From assembly GCA_030141605.1 (NCBI GenBank), contig JAQGDQ010000121.1, positions 1 through 64,000 on the forward strand: 64,000 nt of DNA, written 5' to 3'. The notes below the pieces were generated by a model. That model saw only the letters and a list, made by a program, of their open reading frames with translations, was not told the origin of the DNA and ran no database searches. The stretch is from Tubiluchus corallicola (Eukaryota; Animalia; Priapulida). Shown piece by piece: positions 12,101-21,100 of this stretch (positions are counted from its first letter, which is position 1; each line of letters starts with the position of its first letter). The translations under genes were made by a program, and so were the position numbers.

Positions 12101-15100
12101 CAAAACCTTGGGCACTGGCCAACTTGGGGATGAGACATTTGGGCACTAATGATGACACATATTGGTTATTGCTTTGCTATTGTGCCATGACTTTATTACA
12201 CAAGTATACATATTTCTGTGTTGCACTAAAAATTATGACGTCCAGTTTGTTAAAATTATGGGAATCCTCATCCCATTGTTGCCGGACAACTTTTAAAACA
12301 CCGAACGTTTTTGTAATAAAAGAAATAATTATTTTTGTGAATACAATTATGTAATAAAAGCTGGAAACAACTATAACTAATCTAGCATGTGTAAAAATAA
12401 CGCTACTGAAGGGAGAATTATCATGGATTTAGCAAAGATACATAAATAGTTTTCAATTACTATTCTTAATCTTGATGAAGATAATTATATAGATATTAAG
12501 CAGTAATTTGGCTCGTTAATTGATCTGGTCGTTTTTGATTTGGCAGCTAGAATGTAAACAACCAGATAACGCATTTTGCCAGTTTCTTCTAAAGCATACC
12601 AAACAGTCAATGAGTACAGAATTACGATATAATTCTAGCTGAAACACTAGCTGTGCTGTAACTAAACTTTGGCGTGAATAATTTTTTGTGACTCACTAGA
12701 TATTTTTTAAACAAAATGTTACCATATTTTAATAAAATATTACTCTAAACTTGTGGTTCTTTAACTTCGTTCATTTTTGAAACTACATTCAATACTAAAA
12801 GTTGAAAACCTGAACCTGCAGAAAAATATGACTGGTTAAAAAACTTTTAATTATTCCATCATTATATTATGCACTGCATAAATTTTTAATAAATTTATTT
12901 CAGTGAAGCTACCTTAAAAAATGCTGTGAGAATTAGAAGATAGCCAATCATTAAAGGAAAACTCAAGCTTTCCTGGAAGTTAGGCTTATTTCAATGTTTG
13001 CAAAAATTGATAGGATTTAGTAATAAAAGCGTCGATAAGCACCTCATGTAACTAGTAAAAATCACTTTAAAGTGGCAAACATTTCATTCCACATTTGGGC
13101 GCTCCTATTTTAAGCAGCTATTCTTCCACAATGACATTGTTTAATGACTGAAGAAACACAGTGCAATTTTACAAAAAATTATATAGCTACACAAGAACAG
13201 TGATATTTTTGCTTTGCATGAACAGAAGGTAAGCTGCAGAAGCTTGAAACAGTTTAAGTAGCGTGCGCTTACACAACGCCATGGTGCAAAGTTCACTAGT
13301 TACATCATAATTTCAAGTGAATGGCGGTTACCACTGTGTCTGAAAATTTTTATACAACAATAGTACAAAATATTTTTATTCACATTTTTTTCACATTTCT
13401 ATTTTATATTTTTGTAAGTTAACTGTAACAGTAAAATAAACCCAACATGTTAAGCGACTTGCCCTTTCCTTTAAAAATTAAACAAACACAAAATTAATAA
13501 AAAGATAGGTATAACATAAAGTTTTTGAGGCATCCAAATGTCTCCTGCCCAATGTCTTTGTGCCCAAATGTCCCATGTCCAAATGTCTCGTGCCCAAATG
13601 TCACATACCCTTAAAATATGTCATAGTTACATGTGAAGTGTTTCATACTATTAAGGAATTTGCACATAAAATACAACAGCAATAAGGCAAATGCATATAT
13701 AGTGCCATCTACCATGCAAAACTTGTACTGTTCATAAAAACTAATAATAAGCAAGTTTAAGCATTGAAGTTTAACTTCACACATTAAACTCAGTACATAT
13801 TTCTGTGTTAGTCATGGGAAGCAGGAGTTTACACAGTTACACCATGCGGTACCATGCCTGCTTAACTCACGTCATGGTGATAGCCGATAAAAATCTTCTT
13901 CTGCATTGGCTGATGATAGGTCTTCAGCATGTACAACCACAATCTCTCCAATCCGACTTGATTTAAGTGTATATCGCGTGTTGGCACGTTTTCGTACCCT
14001 CCTTCTAACCTGGGGTCCTGGTAAATCCAAATCGATAAGATGCTGAGCATTAACTACATATTATGAGTCTCACCTATTGGAGGATAGTGAGTCACTGTGC
14101 AAGGTACAGTCTGGGTACTTACAAGCGACACCATGGCCTTCCCTTCTGACAAAAGCAAAACAAAAAAGAGCTAAAAAAGTGGATGCTCATACATACCTTT
14201 TGTGATCAGAAGCACCTTTCATTGAGCATGCATTACCAAAAAGAAAAAACTCAAGACCACAACAAGTGTTTACCATTTTCATAATTGACAGAGTTGCACT
14301 GCATCCTTTTAATTTGTAGCAAACAAATAGAAAAAAAGGCAAGCCGCTATCAGAAAATGAAGAAAGAATAATAAGATACCAAAATCTGCTTAACTGATTG
14401 CTCAAAGTGAAACATCACGCCTAGTACTGTAAACCAGAAAAAAGTGTGAGCTAAATTTTTGCAAATTGAATTTAATGTTGAGTTAATGTTCCGTAAGGCT
14501 CCACTACAGAAAAGCCATTGCCAAGTTAATAACATTTTCTGTACTTAGCAGTGTATATTACAACCAACATTTAACAAAACACTTTTATTACTAGTGTTAT
14601 TTATGCACCTGGAAATTTATGCATCAATACGTCTTTGCAAAATTCGGAAACATGTCCAGCATATATTAATTTTACTTTTTACATTATTTCATTTCACTTT
14701 GAGCAAAACTACTATCTTATAGGTGCTTCAAGGAATCACTTTCATTATTATAATAGCCTCGTCTATCAACTCACATCATCAAAATAACCTGGAAACAATT
14801 TCCGCTGTACAGGCATCACATACGATTTCAGGAACCACAACCAGTGGTCATGCAGGCCCACCTGACGCATGTGAATGTCACGCGTTGGCACGGCTTCATA
14901 CCCGCCTTCAAGACGACTGTCCTGTCCAAATTAATCTAGATACATTAGTAAACCAACACCAGAGTTTTTTCTTACATATGCCAAGAAAAAATCGAAAAGC
15001 ACAACTCCTAACGAGTTGTCAAGAGACGACTACAGATATGTTAGTACAATGCCTCAAAGCAAAGAAACATAACACTAAGACATGCCTAAAAACAACCATA

Positions 15101-18100
15101 CAGTAGCGAGAACAGACTCTAGTAAACCATCTCAAGAGTGAGATAAGAAAATCTTAACATCTGCTCACTGGGAAGGTGCATGGGTGCAGGCATAACTAGT
15201 TACTTACGTCATGATTGTAACCAGCATACATTTTCTGCTGCATAGGACGAGAGTAATATTTGAGCATAAACAGCCACATACTCTCTAATCCCACCTGGTT
15301 CAAGTGAATGTCGCGTGTTGGAACATTTTCGTATCCACCTTCTAGTCTCACATCCTACAGAAGCCGATTTGTGGAGCAAGTGCAATGAAGCATGTAATCG
15401 TGCATATACCAGCCACCATTAGGTGCTAACAAGCCATAACTGACTTGCAATACCCAAACAAAATAGACCTTCATTTGCTCATAAGCAGCATGCAAATAAA
15501 GCTGGTGCTTGTACAAGGTGCTAGTTATATAACCCCTCCACTGCTGATCATTAGAGTGTGACTCACATCCTCATCATAACCAGGATAAAACTTTAACACT
15601 AAGGGCAGGATGTAATCGTACAGAAGCTTCTGCCACTGGTAAAATAGTCCTATCGCAGTTAGGTGTACATCATATGTGGGCACTGGGTCCTGGGATAAAT
15701 AAGCTAAAGTGTTATATAAGGTACATGTGACTCATGGAAAGAAGGTTTACAGTCATTTGTTCAGTTTAGGCCAACAGGATTAAGGATGTAGTTATTCAGA
15801 AAGAGGCTCTGCATAAGTAAGATTACACAGCTGCACTTTGTTACTTTTTAATGCATGTTTGCTAGACTGTATTTTCAAACAAAAATGAAAAAAGTTAAAA
15901 TGAAAACTTGTTAGGCACAACTTTGTCACATCTTTTCTGTAAAAATTAATGATCGTATAAAATTTTTTCAGCATAAATCTTACATTCGAATTACATTTCA
16001 ATACTTTAACTTATTTTAAAAGAAATTGTTTAAAGAAATACTGCTCTCAAATACATTTTGCTTTAAAAATTGTAGTCAAACGTATAAGGAATTAAAGGAA
16101 AATTGAAAGAAAAATTATCAAAAAAAGTAGTCCGCACACACAATTGCATTAAATAGAAGACACAACTTTGAAATGAAGAAGCCAAAACCATGACAGATGT
16201 AAAAACTGAAAGTTAACAAATATAATTTATAAAAAAAATAAAATTATTTATAACCAGACAACATAGCAAAATTGTAATAATCTATTATTTATAATCTCAA
16301 TTTCAAAATTAATTTATTAATGAGGGCATCAATTCTTCTCTAGTTACTGAATTTACTGAAACCAACTTCCATTCAGATTCATCCTAGTTTGCGACTTTAT
16401 CCCTTCATCAATATTGTAATAACTTTTAAATAAGCAGGAAGTGCCTAAGTCAAGAAGCAAATATCAAGAAAAAAAATCAGACTATATAAAGGCGTAAACA
16501 ATTGAGCATAAAATAAAAATTGCATAAAACTTTTTACATATTTTACTATAAAAGTCTTACAACTTGACTTTGTAACAGACAAAACAATAAAATTTTTCTT
16601 TGTAGTGGACATGGGATTTGTAAACCTAGGACTCCCTGTGTATGTAATGCAAAGAATGGAATGCACACGGTTCATATCAAATGGAATTTCCACATAAATA
16701 TAACATATTATGCCACTTTTGTGGTTTCAGTAGATAGCCAATGTGGTGCTCAATGCACGCTAGATAAACTTTACCTTAAATATAACACGCATTTTGCAGC
16801 CTCTCAGACTGATAGCAAAGTCGTACTCCTACCCACTCGGGGTGCCAACCGGCCATATTCCACCGACAAATGGTTAAAAGGAGACGCAATATACCCCATG
16901 GCGACCCAACTTGGCACTCAGTTGGGTAGGGGAGAAAAACAGCCAAGCCGCTGGGTCCCGGTTTTGGACCCCTCCACTTTAGGCCGACTACCTTTAGTGG
17001 CAGAAACCGTTATAGTTGCAAAGAATAATAAAAATAAACCTGGACGGGTGAATGGAAGCGCCGGGGCAGCGCGAGATACCCCGGCGTCGACTTACGGTCT
17101 GTTTAAGGACAAAGAGACTGGTACAACGATAACATTGAATTATCCTGTGCAGGTCAGCGACCGCTGTCCTGTGTGTGCGAAGGCGATTCCCGACTGGAAG
17201 TCGGCGAAATCGCATGTGAAATTATGCCATGGATTGGGCGTCCAGAGGCTAAAATTCCGATGTGTAAAGTGCGAAAAACTGTGGCCATCACTCCAGAGTG
17301 CCTGCAGCCACTACAGGTACTGTTCCACCAGAGTACCTGATGAAGCAGCTCAAGCGAGCGGTGGTACCGAGCCGTCACAGGATGACGCTCACCGCTGTCC
17401 TGAATGTCCCCGAGCCTTTAAGACACACGCGGGACGCCAACAGCATAGAAGGTGTGCTCATCCTGTCGAATATAACAACAGTCTTCCTGGACCCAGGGAG
17501 AAGAGGGCCGACGGTGCAGGTACACTGTGGACGGATGACGAACTCAGGCTCATGGCCGAACAGGAGCTCAAGTTCCACCCCAAAACAAGGGGGCTGGCCA
17601 AATTCCTCCAGCAGAGCCTGCCTCATCGCTCGATTGAGGCCATATATAGTATTTGGAAATCCGTCCGCTACACCGCCGCTAAAATGGCAGTAAGAACGGA
17701 AATCGAGCTGGCCGCCGGCGCAGGCGCTAACGATCCAGCAGCGGAGAGGGGCCCCGCTGCCCACCCTGCTGAGGTCGAACTGGTAGTCGATGAGCCACAA
17801 CCCTGTGTGAGGGCAAGCAGGGACACACCCGGTACGAGGGCAAGCCGGGAAGCACTTAAAGAGAGTATTGAAACCGAAATACGAATTGGGAATGTGCATA
17901 ATCGCACAGACGTGGCTGCTGCTCTGGCATTCGCTAGAGCGGCCTTGGACGGCGGCGATTTGGATATGGCCTTTCAGGCAATGAGCGAGGCTTGGTTCCC
18001 CGAGGATGTACGTCCACAACCAGCCAGACCCCGCCCTGTTAGGCGAGCTCTCGATCGACCCCCGAACCGCCAAGTACGCAGGAGGGAAAGGTATAAGACA

Positions 18101-21100
18101 TACCAGAGACTGTATCAGAGAGACAGACGCAAGCTTGCGAACGTCATACTCGATGATGCACCGCTGGATGTCGAATATCCCCCCATAGACTGCGTCGAGC
18201 AAACCTACATCCAGAGATTCGAGAAACCGTCTCTTCCGGACGACGAACCTATCGAGGACTTCAAACCGTGCGAAGATCCCGACGGCCTCTGTGCCCCAAT
18301 TGCACGCGAGGAAGTGGCCAAAACCTTCAAGGCCATGAAGTCACGTTCGTCCCCCGGTCCGGATAAGGCGGTCACCATGAAGGCTCTCCAGAAGATTAAC
18401 AAGGGCGCGATAACCCTTGTTTTCAAAGTGTGGCAATTCCTACGCGAGGTCCCGAAAAGCCTCAAGGAATGCCGCACCACCCTCCTACCTAAAGGCACGG
18501 AGGGCCTTCAGGACGTTAATAACTGGCGCCCTATCACAATCGGATCTCTACTGCTCAGGTGGTATGCCAAGATTCTGACCTCGAGAATCCAGGCAAGGGT
18601 CAAGCTCAACCCACTCCAAAGAGCCTTCCAACCAAGGGACGGCTGTTCAGAGAACCTGACTCTCCTGAACACCGTGATTCGGCATGCCCGAGCAAGTCAC
18701 AGGGAATTAAACATCGCATTTCTTGACTTAGCAAAGGCATTCGACACGGTACCTCACACCTCGATCGTGAGGGCAATGCGAAGGTTCGGCCTTCCGGGAC
18801 AGGTTCAGGAGATCATTGGGGATATGTACACGGGTGCTGCTACACGGATATCGACGCCGGAAGCAAGTACTCGTCGTATCGAAGTTACGTCTGGTGTCAA
18901 GCAGGGATGCCCGCTATCACCCTTGCTTTTCAACCTGGTAATCGATGAACTGATCTCAAAAGTCGGTTCTCGATTTGGCTATGAGATCGAAAATCACCAA
19001 GTGGCCATAGTTGGTTTTGCCGACGACCTAGTCTTGATATCGAACACCAAGCATGGCATGGGCAAGTTGTTGGAGACAGCACAGGGCTTCTGCACAAAGA
19101 GGGCAATGGCACTTAACGCAAAAAAGTGCAAAGCCATGCGACTGGTCAAGGCATACCGGCGAAGTGCTATGAAAGTGATCGTAGATCCCACATGGAACAT
19201 CAGCCAGACTCCTATCCCGATGTTGGGAGTCGCCGAGACGTACAAATATCTCGGAATACCGTTTGGCACAAGAGGGCGGCCCGCCATGGGCACAGATTCT
19301 CTTAAAACATGGCTGCTAAGAGTGGAAGGGGCGCCACTCAAACCTCAGCAGAAGGTGGATATGATCAGACAATACGTGATTCCGCGTCTGACATACCGCT
19401 TTCGTATATGCGAGGTTCACATGAATGGCCTCAAAGGTGCCGATAGGCTAATACGATCAAGCCTAAAACGCATCCTCCACCTCGCGGTGGATGTACCGAA
19501 TGCATTTTTTCATGTTCCAATGAAAAAGGGAGGACTAGGGTTTTCTTGTCTGGAAGAGGATGTGCCTCTGATGAAGATCAAGACCCTCAGTCGTATGCAA
19601 GCCTCACCAGACGCACTGGTGAGCATGAGTGCATCGGCACCGGTGTGGAATAAAGAGCTGGAGTGGGCCAAGAGGGTTACTAACCTCGAAGCCTACAGTC
19701 ACGGGCGAGATATTAGCCGTGCAAAAAGGGAGATGGCCCAGAACCATCTAAACTCGTTTTTAGCGAAAGCACATGGGAAGGGCTTTGCAGCCGTATCTGC
19801 AAACCCACTGAGTACTCACTACCTGCGTAGCAGCACACTCCTGAGGGGGGGTGATTATATCTTGGTTCTCAAGATGATCACCAACTCATTACCAACCAGA
19901 GTTAACTCCACGAGAGGAGCACCCAATGCAATCAGGAGATGCCGTAGGTGCGGGAGACACGCAGAGAGTCAGGTTCACGTACTTCAACAGTGTAGCTCGA
20001 TAAAAAATGCCGTATCCCGACGGCATAATGCACTGTGTGATGTGCTCGCCGAAGCCCTCACCGCCAGGGGCTTCAAGGTCGTCAGGGAACCTTGGTTCGA
20101 GGTAAACAGAACAAGGTACCATCCTGACATCCTGGCGACCAAAGATGGTCATACCTACGTTATCGATCCGACCATCTCGGCAGCGAGCAACATCGACCCG
20201 CTAAGGGCCAGGTGCAGGGACAAGGCCCTGAAGTACAAACCGATCCTCGATGCCGTCAAACGGCGGTGCGGCTCTGCCACTGCCTCGTCGCACGGCATCT
20301 GTGTGGGCTACCGCGGTGAATGGGCAGGTGGTGAGAACGATAAGATCCTTAAGACCTGTGGTCTGCTGGGAATCAGGGCCAAGCTGATTCGCTCAGTGAT
20401 AAGGGGCTCATGTATGATCTGGAGGAGATTCCTGTCCTGAGTCGGTTCCTATGATGAGGACCATAGGCACGGTCGCGTCCTGCACAGGATGATAGGGAGT
20501 TAATAATAACAATGACCACGACCGACACAGGTGATACCACCGAAGCCTGTGAAATTCTGAGGAAATAATGAGCTGACTGATTTTAATAAAAAGACTGTGA
20601 TGACTTCTACAAAAGATTATTAGTGTCATCTTCAATGGTAATAGGGATGTATATTGTCTGCCATCAATATCATTATTAGTGTTATGACCATTAATAACAA
20701 AGTTTGTTTTGTCTTGTACTACCTGTACAAGAAATACACATATGTTCTTTTATGTAAATCTGCCCTCACATAAACTCATATTTGTTGAAATGCAGAAAAT
20801 ATAAGTTTGTAGGTGCAGTTTTAGAAGAAAGTTCTTACCTCGTGAGAGCCACTTGACCACTTTCCAAATGTATTCACTTCTCTCACCAGGTCATCACAGA
20901 ATTTTTCTGTAGTGAGTGGAAACCAATAAACATCTGGACAAGGCTGCATGAACAAAGTAAGTTTAAAACTGCATAAGAACTAACAAAAACAAGTAGTAGT
21001 ACCTTCCCTCACAGAATGAGCTATAAATATAATAAATACAAATGCTAATGTGATATCAGAAATAAAATTGCCCTACACATCAAATTTTATAAGCAGTTCG

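Noticed and set aside
12070-13605. CRISPR-like array from the TTGGGCAC repeats
   Set aside because: Eukaryotic intron; units are ~20 bp without unique spacers and are arranged as inverted transposon ends.
14123-14145. 23-nt micro-exon (cag|...|gtaagt) between variants C and D
   Set aside because: Not a multiple of three and no homology to exon 18. It could be a poison exon but cannot be supported from sequence alone.
16731-16780. TAGCCAATG and reverse-strand TTAAGGTA resembling the 28S R2 target
   Set aside because: Short partial matches 30-75 nt from the junction and in inconsistent orientations; no rDNA sequence in either flank.
16661-16811. First ~50 codons of the listed 1259-aa ORF as part of the R2 protein
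   Set aside because: AT-rich host intron upstream of the putative TSD; the frame is open by chance. The first ATG inside the element is 16898.
17154-20152. Multiple antisense and alternative-frame ORFs (e.g. 275 aa at 17375-18202)
   Set aside because: Shadow ORFs of the GC-rich R2 coding sequence, with no domain motifs.
20448-20560. Hammerhead ribozyme in the R2 3'UTR (ATGATGAG...GAAA)
   Set aside because: The core is AUGAUGA rather than CUGAUGA, and the stems do not form the required three-way junction.
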